This document shows positions 1-14,199 of a DNA stretch of 64,000 nt, piece by piece (within the stretch, counting starts at the first letter, position 1; each line of letters starts with the position of its first letter). Below the pieces are notes generated by a model. The model was given only the letters and a program-made list of their open reading frames with translations. It searched no databases and had not been told where the DNA came from. This DNA is from Torpedo marmorata (lineage: Eukaryota), in assembly GCA_977017645.1 (NCBI GenBank), contig OZ360237.1, positions 13,764,001 through 13,828,000 on the forward strand, read 5' to 3'. The position numbers were made by a program, and so were the translations under genes.

Positions 1-244
1 TAAAATTTGTATTTTGGAAAGGAATGAGAATTGTACTTTGTAAGAAATTTAAGTCCGGGGAGGTGAATCAAATAGTTAGTAGGTTACTGGTTCTGAGACA
101 TGGCAAGAGCTGGAACTTCTGTCCAGTGGGAATATGTCTTGCATCTGGCTATTTGATGGGTAGTACATTGGAGAATGAGTTGCATGCATAGAGGTCAATA
201 TCAGCTAACAACAAATGATCCAAATCAGTATGTTTTTCATTTAT

Positions 245-440
245 AAAAACACAGATGTTGAAGGAACTCAGCCAGTCTTGCAGCGTCTATAGGAGGTATT
301 ACTGACGTTTTGGGCCTGAGCCCTTCCTCAAGGTATAAGTAATACATCTTTACCCCCTAAGGACATTGCAAGACCAGCTGAGTTCCTCTAGCATCTGTTT
401 TTATTACAATCACAGTGTCTGCAGACTTTCATGCTTCACA
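245..440. mobile_element. Degenerate Penelope-terminus fold-back fragment
   Basis: Imperfect inverted arms (acagatgttgaaggaactcagc / gctgagttcctctagcatctgt) resembling the Penelope ends at 55670 and 42250. Confidence 0.6.
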
Positions 441-1254
441 TGTATTTCATTTGGCTAATTGAGCTGTACAGAGACATCCTTTGGCCCATTGAGTCGGTGC
501 TGGCCATCAACCATCCGCTTCAGCAATTGTTTTTTAAATCCTCTGCTCCTGAGACCAGTGTTTATCCTTTGGTACAGCAGTGAAGCCCTCACATTGTACC
601 TTGTTATTGCACTCCAACCCTGCTGCTGTAATAACATCAATTTTCCTTCCTCACAGCTGTCTGCCACTATAATACAAGGAGCCAAGAAATCTTCGCACCA
701 GCTATTGCTATTTTAAGCGTTATCTCCTACCCACCTACCCAACCTGCATTTTCATTTGTATTCCAACTGCTGCTACTTGGTCCACTTTGTATCCTTGGCC
801 AAACAGTTCCGCCAAATTTTGTGGCAAAACTTTAAAAAGGTGGTAATTTTTACTAGGCAAGAGGGTGAATATTTTTCTCAGACTGCAAGGTAAATGGGGG
901 TGTTGCCCTAATATTCGGTATTTTTAATCTATTATAGATCTAAATTTGGTGCAAGCCATTATTTAAATTGTTCATGGCAATATTGTGTACTGAGGACTAA
1001 AGTGATTACTACTGAAAATATATAGGTTCAAAAGGTCAAGACACTGCAGATGAAGTGCAATGTAGAGATATGAAGATGCATTTTGGTGGGAAGAATGAGA
1101 ATTGAATGAAGGAAATTATTCTGAATGTTAGACCCTAGTGTGCACAAACCCTTGAAAAGGAGGCCAGGTTGAAGCTGTGAAAGAATGCACAGTTTTGATC
1201 TTTAACAGTTGGTGATCAGGCTTTACTTTTCTAAAACTAGCTGGTCTTAATTGG

Positions 1255-1362
1255 AGTAAAAACACAATGCTGGAGAAACTCAGCTGGTCAAACAGTGTCC
1301 TTTATATAGCAAAAGATAAAAATACATAACTGAAGTTTCAGGCTTGAGCCCTTCATCAAGGT
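1255..1362 (-). mobile_element. Penelope terminal fragment
   Basis: Near-identical to 58735-58845. Confidence 0.7.
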
Positions 1363-3797
1363 ACCTGGTCCAATCTGATTGTTATTCAGGGATATTGGTA
1401 GTACAGGAAACTGCTGGAACTGTTTAATGGATTTGGAATTACAAGGATAGAATAAAGGCTGGGACTGCTCTTCAAAGAAAAGTTGAAGACAGATTTGATC
1501 ACATGTAAAATGAGTGGACGTCGACTGTTCTCTTGGGCTGATTAAGGACCAGAGGTCAGCATACAAAGGAGAAAACATGGTAAAATTGGAAATTTTGGGA
1601 ATGCAGTGTGTATGTAAAGACCTATTGAAGGCAGGCAGAGAACACCAAACACTTGGCCACCCATCATTTGAGGATATAACTGCTGAACTACCAGAGCTGC
1701 TATAATGGCAGCATTGCTGCTGATGTGGACTTGGGAGCAGAGATGCAGCGCTGCTCTAAAGGGTTCAACTGCCCGGTCTTTATGCTGATGACTCCATGCA
1801 GGTGATAAAGCAGCTTGTAGAGGAGCTGACAGGATCAGTGGCCAGATGGCAGCGCCTGTCCTTGGCAGCAGCCACAAGGGATTGCTGACTGCAGGGGAGC
1901 AGCAGACTGGCACAGGGCACCACAAACAGAACACCCTCCCCCCCCCACACACACACACACCGGTTGACCCTACAGGATAGTGACCGTGGCAGCAGCTCAG
2001 TAGCTGAGGGACCCACAGGCTGCGGTGACGAGTGAGGTCAGGGGACCCACACTGGCTGTGGGCTGCTGAAGACTGGTTCATGGGAACTAGGTATCGGAAC
2101 TGGGATTCAAGAGGGTGCTGAGGGCAAGGAGGGCTCCCGATGGGACTTGTGCGCTGAAGGCTTCCTGATCGTGTTGGAGGTTTGGATCTGGAGCCCAGGT
2201 TGCCGATGGATTGAACAGGTGGCTGTAGGGGTGCTGGAGGTGAATTCACGGACACACAGTACCTCTGAAGGGACTCTTGTACTGTAAGGGGTGCTGGGTT
2301 ATACTGATGGGAACTCTGCCTTACAACAAGCAGAAGGCATTTAAAAAAAATATTACATGTTCTGTACTGTTGCATGACAATAAAGGAATCTTGATGCTGT
2401 AATTGGAAGAAAATGAAAGAAGGCAACAGCAGTGGAGGCATTGGCATGATTGATGCTTCAAGCTGAGACCCTTCGTCAGGACTTAAAAATTATTTGAGAA
2501 TAGAGGGAAATTGCTATAATTTATTACTTAGGAACTGCATACGAGGTATTTTAGAAACTAAATTGGATGAGGCGGTCATGAATGTATGAAAGGGAAATCA
2601 TGTTAGATGTGTCCTTTTTAAGGAAGTCCCTTTGGCCCATGAAATCTGCAGCCAAGATTTAGGTCTACCTAAAACCATCATATTCCTCTATTCCCTACTT
2701 GTTCATGTGTCTGAATTGTATCTGTTTCTACTACAGTACCTCCCTTTGCAGTGTTCCAGGGTGGGGGAGGTGGGGGACAGGGGGACTTGCCTTACACATT
2801 GTTAAACTTTCACCTCTCTCATCTTAAAGCTATGTCCTTTAGTATTTGATATATCTATGCTGGGGAAAAAGACAACTATCCCATCTATGCTGCTAATAAT
2901 TTTATGTCTATTGGGTTGCCCCTCAGCCTCTGGTGCTACAGAGAAAATAGTCAATTTTTCCAACCTTCCTTACAACTAATACACTCTCATCCAAGCAATG
3001 CCAGAGCCAAGCCAGTTCTGATCCAATCTGCCAAAGTTCCATGGGTCCTCTATGCCTTAAATCTACATGAACCTACCTTGATGCCTTGTATACCTTAAAT
3101 CTTAATCTACCTCCATGGTCTTAGCCTAATTTTGCAATCTTACGGTTTTCTGTTAGGGACCAAGTCAAAAGCTTTACTTAAGTCCATGTTAACAACATCA
3201 CTGCCCTACCCTCATCTTATGGTGTCGTTTTTACCATTATTGGTCACATATTTAAGGCAGAGATGAGTAATATATTTTGAATTCCCTCTCCCAGAAGGTA
3301 GAGGTAGTGGAGGAGGAGGAGTGGGCTGCCACTGTTTTTATTACATTTTTATTTTCTATCCATGCCAAATAATTGTTGCAGAATCTATTCGGTTTTATTA
3401 AAATACTTGAAAATCCATACTGCATTCATTTGTTCTTCATGCTAGTAATGTACTCAAAAACTTAATTTATCATTTTTCCTCATCTTTCAAAGCATTCCAT
3501 GCCTAATGTATACAATATCTCAACTACTTTATTCCTATTAGATTTTTTATCCTATAGGATCGTCAGTTTTTATCACTATTTTATATAGTTATAAAAGCTC
3601 TTGCAGTATTTTGTTTTGCTAATTTGCTTTCATAATCACTTTCTACCATTTTAGTCATTTATTGCTGCTACCAGAACACTTTTTGTTCTGCATAATAATT
3701 AGAAACACTTAAAAATCTTTTTTTAAATCTCCTTTGCCATCACTTGTGAAATTTGGAAGATATAGATGATCTCAAATGGGGTCTGTAGAATTGACAG

Positions 3798-4628
3798 AGT
3801 ACATATGTCCAAACTTAAATTATCTCATTTCTATGCAGATATTGACCCACTATGTGAGAAATGTAAAATTTTTGAAGCTTCATTGATTCATATGTTTTGG
3901 GAATATCCAAATTTGGGAAGATTCTGGGGAAATATTTTTCAAATTTTATCAATGATTTTTAAGATCAAATGACAACCATGCCCATTAATTGCCTTGTTTG
4001 GTTTTCTCGAGCACCAGATATGCTTCTATTGGCAAATCAGGAGAAAGTTTTAGCTTTCACCATGTTGATCGCCAGACGAGCGATTTTATTGAAATGGAAA
4101 GAAGATTCTTTACCTACTCATACACAGTGGTTACACAATGTAATGTCTTGTTTAAACTTAGAGAAAATTAGATACAACATTAAAGACAATAACTTTCAAT
4201 TTGATAAGATCTGGGGTCCATTCATGGAATATTATCACGATTGGCAGATTTAGGATACTCAGAAGTTTGGATGCTCCGAGGATTCTTGTCTAGTGTCTGG
4301 AGGTCGCTACTTGATCCATATTTGTACCTTTTTTTCAATGGCAACCTTGATTAGAGGAAGGGATTAGATTAGAATTAGGTTACTTTTTTTTTTGTTGGAC
4401 TTTTTTTCTTTTATTTTTATTTTTTACTTTTTTTTAATCCTTTTTTTGAGTAATTAGGAAATGGGTTTAATTATGTCTGTTACTGTTTATTTTAAATCAA
4501 ACAGAATTTAACTTCGGTTAATATGGAAAATAGTTCTATGTTGTTCTAATATGTTATTTTACATGTATACGAAAAGATTTGTTACCTGTTTATATATTAA
4601 ACTCAATAAAAATATCTTAAAAAGAAAA
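3798..4628 (+). mobile_element. 5'-truncated L1 (ORF2 C-terminal CCHC region, 3'UTR, A-rich tail)
   Basis: CEKC...HMFWEYP and LEKIRY motifs; AATAAA and tail; TSD agaattgacag at 3787-3797 and 4629-4639. Confidence 0.88.
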
Positions 4629-5611
4629 AGAATTGACAGGGTAGATGTTGGACAGCTCTAAGTAGAAAGTAGAACAGGGGCAGACCTTTCAGATAATTGA
4701 CCATTTAGAAGTGAGGTTGAAGGGTTGTAGATCTGGAGAATACTCTACCACAGCTGGCTGTGGGAGGACTAATGTTGAGCATTTTGCAGTGATAGAGTTT
4801 GAGCACAGTCAATGTAGCTGTCAGGAACAGCCATGATCTTATTAAATTATTACTTCTTCATTGCTTCTAGTTTTAAAGATTTTAAGTACTATTCTGCAGG
4901 GCACTTTTAGTTTAAAATTGTGATTTGTGAGGTTTGCTTTGGGCTTCAGATAATGACATAAAAGAGTAGTTGTGGTTCCAAAGTATCTGTTGTTGGGCAT
5001 TCACAGACAACAAGGTTTTTAAAAAAAGTGCTGCTAGCTTTGCAAGGGTCTGATTTTCGAGGTCTCCCTGAGCAGGTTCCAGCCTTTTTTATTTTGCAGT
5101 CCCTCAGTGTTGAGGGTGACTTGCTTCTATTCAGTTTTTAGGTCATTGAGGCCAATACGAGACCCTTAGATTCTGGTGTAGGAGGTGCTTGATGGAGCAG
5201 GCAGGTAGTTTGGGAATTGGTGCATTCCTTTCCCCACTTATAATGGGATTCTTTGTGCCTCTAATATCCCAAATACCGTACTTTGGCCATGAGCCAGTCA
5301 GCCTTGATTACACTTTTTCAAAGAGGCTATGAGAGCATCTACCTGACTAGCCGGTCATCTTGTTAATGATGGAAATTGGAATGGAGTATCTATTTTGGAG
5401 GTTCAGAGCATCTCTAATTGTTTGTGGTGCCCAAACACATTGTCAATTATGCAAATCTGCACTGGAGGGTAGAGGACACTCCTAACTGGTCAACTGTAAC
5501 CCTTATGCTAGGTTTGATTCTCAAACACTGTTTTCCCCAGAGAGTCAAAACTTATGCTGGAGCATTGAAGACAATGGCAAACTTTAACATTAATACCCAC
5601 CTTCACTAAGA

Positions 5612-5843
5612 GGTAAACACGAAAATCTGTAGACACCGTGGTTAGAGTAAAAAACACAAAAGCTGGAGAACTCAGCAGGTCAAACAGTGTCTTTTATGTA
5701 GCAAAGGTAGAAATACATAACCGACGTTTCAGGCTTGAGCCCTTGAAGGGCTCAAGCCTGAAACGTCGGTTATGTATTTCTACCTTTGCTACATAAAAGA
5801 CACTGTTTGACCTGCTGAGTTCTCCAGCTTTTGTGTTTTTCAC
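5612..5843. repeat. Perfect ~95-bp-arm palindrome made of Penelope terminal sequence
   Basis: 5650-5744 is the reverse complement of 5746-5840 with a 1-nt spacer. Confidence 0.9.
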
Positions 5844-7248
5844 TAAGAGATGGTTACTGAGGAATGGACACTGATGCATATTGAGTGAAATGGTAGCTTG
5901 TTGTGGGCCCTTACTATTGGATGATCTTATGCACCAAGGATAGATTGATAATGCATCTTTATTTTGTGGATGTTAAGGTAAGACCTACCTTCTTGTACGC
6001 TTAAGTGAGTACGTCAACCATAATTTGTTATTTCTGTATGGAACCCTTTGTATTTGGTGCAAGTGAATTTGTCTAATTTCTTGAAAATAGAACATGATTT
6101 TGGTCTCCTGATACATCCTTGCTCTTCCTGGATGTGAGAGATAATTTCATGAATTTGTGAATGAATTTCCTCTGCTAAGTCTTGGAACTTCAAACATGAT
6201 GTCTGCTCCAAGGTGTATTTTATTTTTTTTCGCATCTGGCCTTTTTCACTGTTTGCCAGGGTTAAGGAGAAGCCTGGGAGACTTCACTTCTCTATCTTTT
6301 AACACTCTCCTCCTTCAATCCTTCTCCTTTCCTCTCAGTTCCCTGACTCTCGCAGCCCAGCTTCTTTCACTTAGGGTTATGGAGAAATAGCAAAGAAGCA
6401 GATAGTTGGATAGTTCAATTGGATAATCGGGCAATTAGATGGTTAAACTAGAGTTGCATGGCTTCCTTTAAATCTAAATTAGAGGAGAGATCTAAATGGA
6501 AGTATACAAGCTAATAAATGTTTAGCACGGTAAACTCTTGACCATTAATTTAATTAATGTTTGGAATATCATATGGATGTGGAAAGATATTTGTGAGTTA
6601 AAATGTCATAAGTATTCATTTCAATGAGCTTCATTTGTCCTTAATTGGCTTCTAATCGTGAGTTGATTTTTAAATCTCCCACCTTGTCCAAGACAGCTGA
6701 TGGCACACTTAGCAGATGCTGATTTACTGCAGGTATGAGCTGGTTGAGGAGGTCTGAAATATATTTTAGTGGCTTGAATTGTCAGGGCCTGTTAATGGTA
6801 AATGCTTTTGCTAAAGAAATTAATAAAATAATTGAGTTAATTTTATCTTATTTTTATGTAATGAGAAGGAAAGGAAGTTATTTATTTTCTGTAAAGTATA
6901 TGCTGGTTTATACATATTTTATAATATTAGGCATATTTTTGCTTCCTATGGACGCTGCTGGACCTGCTGAGTTTCTCCAGCAATTTTGTGTATTCACTAC
7001 AATCACTGTGTCTGCACACTTCCTTGTTTCACTGCTGGTTTACCATCCTGCCATGCCTCAATACTGCTTTTCAGCCCACCTTCCAAATAGCAGGAACACT
7101 TAGTCGACAGCACATTCTATTTTTCCATAGTTGGAATGTGGAGCAAAGGTATCTCAAGATAAACAGTGATATAATTTTTGGTAAGAAGGTTTATCTATGG
7201 TTGCAAGACATGACAGTACTGCTTATGGGATTGAACATTAAGAAAGCT

Positions 7249-7470
7249 GGCGCCATGGCTTAATTGGTTAAAGCACCTGTCAAGTAAACAGGAGATCCTG
7301 AGTTGGTACATTCTCCCCATGTCCACGTGGGCTTTCTTCGGATGCTCCGGTTTCCTCCAACGTTCCAAAGATGTATGGGGGGTTGTACGTTAATTAGTCA
7401 CAGAGGTGTATTTGGGCAGCGTGGGCTGGAAGGCCCTGTTACCTGTGCTGTATCTTTTTTTTTTTTTAAA
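7249..7470 (+). mobile_element. V-SINE body with a tRNA-Thr(AGT)-derived head
   Basis: 7249-7304 follows vertebrate tRNA-Thr(AGT) up to the T-arm, then switches to the V-domain (ttctccccatgtccacgtgggc...tccggtttcctcc). Confidence 0.75.
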
Positions 7471-7586
7471 CTTCCTATTTTTAAACTCCAACCATTTTGT
7501 AATGAAGGCCAAAGTACCATTTACTGCCTTAACTACTTTTTGGATCTGCTTGCTAGCTTTTAGTGATTAATGCTCCAGAAAACATA

Positions 7587-9134
7587 CAGTGCCCTCCATA
7601 ATGTTTGGGACAAAGACACTTTTTTCCTTTATTTGTCCCTGTGCTCCACAGTTTTACATTTGTAATCAAACAATTCACATGTAATTAAAGTGCACATTCC
7701 AGATTTTATTCAAGGTTATTTGTATATATTTTGGTTTGACCATGTAGAAATTACAGCACTTTTTATACATAGTCCCCTCATTTCATTTCAGGGCACCATA
7801 ATATTTGGAACATAGCAATGGTATATAGTTTGTTGCATATCCCTTGCATGCAATGACTGCTTGAAAGCTGTGATTCATAGACATCAGGTGCTGAGTATCT
7901 TCTCTAGTGATGCTCTGCCAGGCCTCTACTGCAGCCATCTTCAGCTCCTGCTTGTTTTGGGGGCTTGTCCCCTTAAGTTTTCTCTTCAGTATATGGAAGG
8001 CATGCTCAATTAAATTTAGATCGGGTGACTGACTTGGCCATTCAAGAATTTTCCAGTTTTTAGCTTTGAAAAACACCTTTGTTGCTTTAGCAGTATGTTT
8101 AGGATCATTGTCTTGCTGTAGGATGAAGTGCCGCCAATGAGTTTGGCGGCATTTGCTTGAACTTGAGCAGATGTTTCTATATACCTCAGAATTCATTTTG
8201 CCATACATGCCCAAGCCTTAACACCCCCACCACCATGTTTCACAGATGAGGTGGTATGCTTTGGATCTTGGGCAGTTCCTTTACACCTCCACACTTTGCT
8301 CTTGCCATCACTCTGATACAGGTTAATCTTGGTCTCATCTGTCCACAACACCTTTTTCCAGAATTCTGCAGGCTCTTTTAAATCTTAGCAAACTGTAATC
8401 CGACCATCCTGTTTCTGTGGCTAACTAGTGGTTTGCATCTTGCAGTGTAGCCTCTGTATTTCTGTTCATGAAGTCTTCTGACGACAGTAGTTATTGACAT
8501 ATCCACACCTGCCTCCTGAAGAGTGTTTCTGATCTGTCGGACATGCATTTGGGGATTTTTCTTCATTATGATGAGAATTCTTCTGTTATCAGCAGTGGCG
8601 GTCTTCCTTGGCCAACCAGTTCCTTTGCGATTACTGAGCTCACCAGTACGCTCTTTCTTCTTAATGATATTCCAAACTGTTGATTTTGGTAATCCTAAGG
8701 TTTGGGTGATGTCTCTTACTGTTTTATTCTTGTTTTTCAGCCTCATAATGGCTTCTTTGTCTTTCATTGGCACAACTCTGGTCCTCATGTTGAAAAATGG
8801 CAACTACAGTCTCCAAAAGTGATCAAAAAGTTGGAAACAAGCCTAACTCTCTTATACCTGCACCAATGAGGCAAATAAACATACCTGAGTACTCACAAAC
8901 ACCCGTGAAGCCAAATGTCCCAAACATTATAGTGCCCTGAAATGGGGGACTATGTATAAAAAGTACTGTAATTACTACATGGACAAACCAAAATGTATTC
9001 AAATACCCTTGAATAAAATCTGGAATGTGCACTTTAATCACGTGAATTGTTTGATTACACATTTAAAACTGTGGAGTACAGGGGCAAGTAAAGGAAAAAA
9101 AGGGTCTTTGTCCCAAACATTATGGAAGGCACTG
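7587..9134 (-). mobile_element. Full-length Tc1 DNA transposon with frameshifted transposase
   Basis: TA TSD; ~225-bp TIRs starting cagtgcc with internal direct repeats (IR/DR type); HTH ORF 8378-8803 and QQDNDPKH...SPDLNLIE ORF 7783-8214. Confidence 0.95.
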
Positions 9135-11321
9135 TAGATCCCGGTTTATTTCTCTCAATTCCAGCCTCTCTTGATTTACATAATCCACTTTTGATTCCTC
9201 ATACTTATACTTCCCCACATCTAATGCCATTTGCCAGTCTTTTTCTCGATCTACAATCCCAAATGCTGAATCACAGTACCCTTATCAGTAACCTTGTGAC
9301 CTTCCAACTATTTTTATAGCTTCAATTAATTTGGAAACCTTGCATACTGTTGCTTTCTCCAGGTCATTCATATAAATAGTGATTGACTGCAGGCCAAGAA
9401 CAATACTCCACTGGGTATTTTCCAGTCTGAAAACCCATTTATTCCAACTGTTTTCTATGAGAATGCCAGTTTCCAATCCATTCTAATACTCTTTCTCCAA
9501 AACTGTGGGCTTTAAATTATGCACCAATGTCTTGCACGATATCTTGTCAAACACCTTTTGAAAATCTAAATTCACGACAAATGTAATTCCCCTCTAATAC
9601 CCCTCCAGGTTACATCCACAAAGAATTCGAGTAAATTTGTCAAACATGATTTTCTTTCATAAAATAATATTGACTTGGTTTAATTATATTCAGTTTTCCT
9701 GAATGATCAGCTATTTCCTCTTTGTTTATTGAGTTCAACATGTTGTCAATAATAGTTGTTAAACTGACTGGTCTGGGTTCCCTGCCTTTTATCTTTCACT
9801 TTCTTTTGAACAAAAATCATAGAGGTTAATTGAAAACACAAACAATATAAACTGACTGAAAAGATTAGACAAAGCATTGAGGCTTATGAAAGAAACACTT
9901 GCATTTTATATTTGACTTTAGAAACTTGGGAAGATTCAAAGTTTATTTCAACTAATAAAATACTGTACTTAAGTGTAAAATCTCTATTGTTTTATATGGT
10001 AGGTAGACGATGTGCAACAAGGTCCCATTACGGGGTAACAATGACCACATATTCTATATTATTGGTTGAGGAATCAGTATTCACCAGGACACTGGAGCTA
10101 ATTTCCTTTGAAATAGTGTGGTGGGAACTTGTGCTTCTACTTTATAGAGCAAATGTGTCTGAGGTTTATAATTTCATTTGAAAGATGCCCCCAGTAATGC
10201 ACAGAAACAAGTGTTTCTGCTCAAATCTCTGGGGTACAAGGTACAACATTCTGAGTATATAGAGTTTTCAATATATTAATTTCAAGGATGTGTATATTGG
10301 TGGTAAGAGCAACCTTTTTGCCTAAATTCTCTTAATAATTTGCTGGTGGACTGTCCTTTGTAAACTTTTGAGGCCTGTTTGTTGAAGCTAACTCCCACAA
10401 TGCTTTTAAGATAGTGGGTTCCAGAATTTAGAACAGGTGATAATGAAGGAATTGTGATACATTTCCATTTGAAGATGGTGTACAACTTTAGGGACACTGC
10501 AGTTTATAGTGTTATCTTGTACTTTTGTCTTATCCTTCTAAATGGTAGCAGTTACATACATGTCAGGGATACAAATTGAGCAAACCTCAGCAAGCAGCTG
10601 CAATGTACCTATGACATACCTAATGATCCAGTGTTTGAGGGAAGTGAGTATTAACTGGTGAGTGGTGTACCAGTCGAGTTGCTTTAACCTGCGTGGTGTC
10701 AGACATATTGTGGTTGAAGCTTGCTCATTCAGACAAGTGGACAGTATTCTGTCACCATGGAGATGTTGTAAACTGTTTTGAGGCTGGAAGGGACTAGCAG
10801 CAGGAAGTTCAGGGTCACCCTGCAAACTAGACACAGGCACTCTACAAGGTGTAGGCCATACTGTGAATGTTGAATGCGAGGTAGAGTGAGTTATTGCTTC
10901 ACCTGTGCTTGCATAGGAGAGTGCAATGAGGAGGGGAATGATTAGTGAATGCAGACATTACCATCACTGAGTCTCTTACCATTAACGTCCTGAGCACACA
11001 ATTGATTGTGTGCATAATTGGCCAGCCACATAATATTGAAGCTGTAAAACCAGATTGGAGACTCGGTAATCTGGAGTGAATAACTTTCATCCTGATTCAA
11101 AACCCTTTTATAACATATTAGAAGCTTAAGACGTGCGTTGGAATGCTCTCTGCTTGCCTGGATGAGCACAGAATCACGCAACCATCTCCTTTTATTTCCC
11201 TGAAGGTGATAACAAATGCTGGTCTTCCCAGTGATGTCCGAATCTTGTAAGTGAATACTATTAACCCACTTGGGAATGCTGTGAGGGTGAACTTAACTTT
11301 CACATGTCTTACAACATCATC

Positions 11322-12635
11322 GTAGAGTTATACAGCACAGAAACAAAGGTACTTTCCTGAAGGGGTCCCATTTGGTCACTGTCCCTCTAAACTGTGAATC
11401 TATCCAAATGTCTTAAAATTTGATATTGTATCTGCCTCTGCCACTTCCTCTGGCAGCTCATTCCATATACCCAGCACCCTCCATGTGGAAAAACTGGCTT
11501 CTCAAGACCCCTGCAAATCTTTCCCTCACCTTAAACCTATGCCCTCCAGTTTGAGACTTCTTCCTACCCTGGGAAAAAAAGACTGTGATCGTGCACCCTA
11601 TCTATGCTCCTCATGATTTTATTAACCTCCATAATGGCAGGATTTTTAACAGTGTGGAGGAACACAGAGATCTTGGGGTCCAGGTACATAGATCCCTCAA
11701 GGTTGCCGCAAAAGATAGGGTGGTTAAGAATGCATATGGGGTGTTGGTTTTATTAGTTGAGGGATTGAGCTCAAGAACTATGAGGTAACATTGCAACTCT
11801 ACAAAACTCTGGTTAGACCACACTTGGGGTATTGTGTTCCAGTCGCCTAATTATAGGAAAGCTGTAGATGCTTTAGAGAAGGTGCAGACGAGATTTATCA
11901 GTATGTTGCCTGGATTGGAGAACATGTCTTATGAAGCAAGATTGACAGAGCTAGGGCTTTTCTCTTTGGAGCGACGAAGGATGAGAGGTGGCTTAATAGA
12001 GGTATATAAGATTGTGAGGCTTAAATAGGATGGAGAGCTGGGTCGACAATAGCAAATACCTGAGGACATCTGTTTAAGGTGAGTGGAGGAAAGCTTAAGG
12101 GAGATGTCAGAGGTAAGTTTTTTTTAAACACAGAGTAGTGGGTGCCTGGAATGCATTGCTTGGGGTGGTGATGGAGGCTGGTACAAGAGGAAGATTTTAC
12201 AAAAAATTCTTAGATAGGCACATGGATGTAAGAAAAATAGGGGGTTATGGGTGTGAGGTAGGGAAAAGTTAGACTCTTGTGGAGTAGGTTTACTTAGGTC
12301 AGCACAACATTATGGGCCGAAGGGCCTGTACTGTGCTGTAATGTTCTATGTTCTGATGTCACCCCTCAGTGTCCTTTGCTCCTGGGAAAACTGTCTCAGC
12401 CTGTCCAGCCTTTACTAGTAACTCAGTCCCTCTTGCCCCAGCAACATTTCTGTGAGTATTTTCTGTATCTCTGGCGTAATCACATTCTTTCTGTAATATG
12501 GCGATGAAACTTACACGCAATATTCCAGGTATGATCTTACCAGCAACTCTATACATCTGTAACATGATGTCTCTGCCCTTGTACTAAAAGCCCTGTCTGA
12601 TGAAGGCAAGTGGGCCATATAACTTCTTTATCAAC
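11322..12635. mobile_element. CR1 3' fragment (+, ~11633-12355) nested in an older CR1 (-)
   Basis: RDLGVQVHRSLK and LFSLERRRMRG motifs; the minus-strand CR1 resumes at ~12358. Confidence 0.8.
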
Positions 12636-12699
12636 TTAGATTTGCAATACCTTCAATTTTGATCATGCCATTTTGGTCATATTTCCAACCGATAAACCA

Positions 12700-13547
12700 C
12701 CACTAAGAAATGTAATAATTTTATTTCTTTTCAAAAGCGGTACATAGAAACACGGCAAGACTTGCCCAGTCATACCCTATGAGAGCAGCAGAGTGGCAAG
12801 AACTTCTGCACCTTTCTCATTACACTCAGCTACAGCAGTGCATTTAGATATGGAAAAGAGTCGGTGATTCACTCACTAGCCTCTTTCTATGGCAGCTTAT
12901 GCATTTTCAAGCAACATCAAAAAATGTACCAAGTATCTTCAGTGTAACTTTATCACATTTTGTTGCCAGAATGCAGAAAAGAGGGCCAAAAGACATACAA
13001 TCGGAACTCTATAGCTACATCAAGAGGAAAAAATGATAGTTCATTGTTTTTCATACAGTTCCAAGTTGATAGAATCGCACACACTCTCCATAATCACGCC
13101 AGAAAAAATAATCGTTGTAAATCGATGAGAAGATTGTGTTTCCCACCCCTGTCCCCAACACACTGCATCTTCTGCACATGCTCAGTTAGACCATTCATCC
13201 TCCCAAGTCATTAGTCACTCTGGCATCACCAAAATCTGTTGCAGTCAACTCATTACAGATATTCAGCATAAATGACTGCTAAATCCATACAATAAAATAC
13301 TAATAAAAACACAGCAAATATATTTACAATATACAATCTAATCTGCATCGAAGATGGCTAAATGTACTTGTTGCACTTTGGATTCTTCTCTGATACTGTT
13401 TTGTAGTTCAGTCTGGGAAAAAGAGCTGAAGATTTTGTGAAGATGGTAAGGGTATAATCTTTTTTTTTCCCAAAACTTTTATGGGTCAGAGAAAGCTGAT
13501 GTGTAACCGTCAATGGTCCTTGTAACGTCAACACAGTATGAATGCAA
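12700..13547 (-). other. DENND2B: Probable DENND2B 3'UTR with AATAAA at 12720-12725
   Basis: Non-repetitive stretch after the stop codon; tttatt on the plus strand at 12720-12725 just before repeat-derived DNA resumes. Confidence 0.6.
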
Positions 13548-13582
13548 CTAACTCTTCTTGTGAAGGAATTTCATTTTATTTC
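13548..13582 (-). CDS. DENND2B: DENND2B terminal coding exon (GNKMKFLHKKS-stop)
   Basis: Read manually on the minus strand: tcttgcag|GA AAT AAA ATG AAA TTC CTT CAC AAG AAG AGT TAG; conserved DENND2 C-terminus; too short for the ORF track. Confidence 0.93.
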
Positions 13583-14199
13583 CTGCAAGAAACAAGAGTT
13601 TCATTAGTGTTGTAAACCAGGATTTAAAAAAAACAACAATGTTCTTGAAAACAAAAGCCTGAATTGTGGGAACTTTCTGAGCATTTCAATTTTCACAAAT
13701 TTGTCTTTGTTTTCCTTTATATTGAGTGGGCAGCTGCTTTATTTCTGTTTCCAGTTTTTATTAGAAACAGGTCATATATGAGATGCATAGGGTTGAGGTG
13801 CTTTTCTGATATCCCTTTGAGAGTGCATCAAATAGATGGCCAACTTCTGAAAGCCTTCAGAGAATCATCCAGCATATGGTGCCTGTGCCAGCTCTTTGAA
13901 CCTGCTAGTCAATCAGTTGTGTTTTCTTATCTTTCCCCATAACCTTACATGTCTTCTCCATTCAAGTATTTATCCAGTCCCTCTTTAAACATGATTACTG
14001 GGTATATTTGAGCTGGCTGCAGTTGCTGATTCCTAAGGTATCCATCATAGTCAATTATTTATAAGTAAGTGGTCCTGGACAAGCTAAGTGATAGACAGTG
14101 ATGTTTCACCCTGCTCTACTGCTGATTATGTACCTCTGCTGTCCTGGTTTAAGTTTGCAATCCCTGATCATTTGGAATGGGGATTCTCAAATTATAAAT

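Noticed and set aside
7249-7304. Functional tRNA-Thr gene
   Set aside because: Truncated at the T-arm, mutated and fused to a SINE body.
1-12600. Exons of a neighbouring gene such as RPL27A (mammalian ST5 neighbour)
   Set aside because: No recognisable coding match; a donor-like site near 6732 has no supporting evidence.
11322-12635. Head-to-head CR1 dimer as a special mechanism (also 42728-43760)
   Set aside because: The interrupted older CR1 continues on the far side, so these are simple nested insertions.
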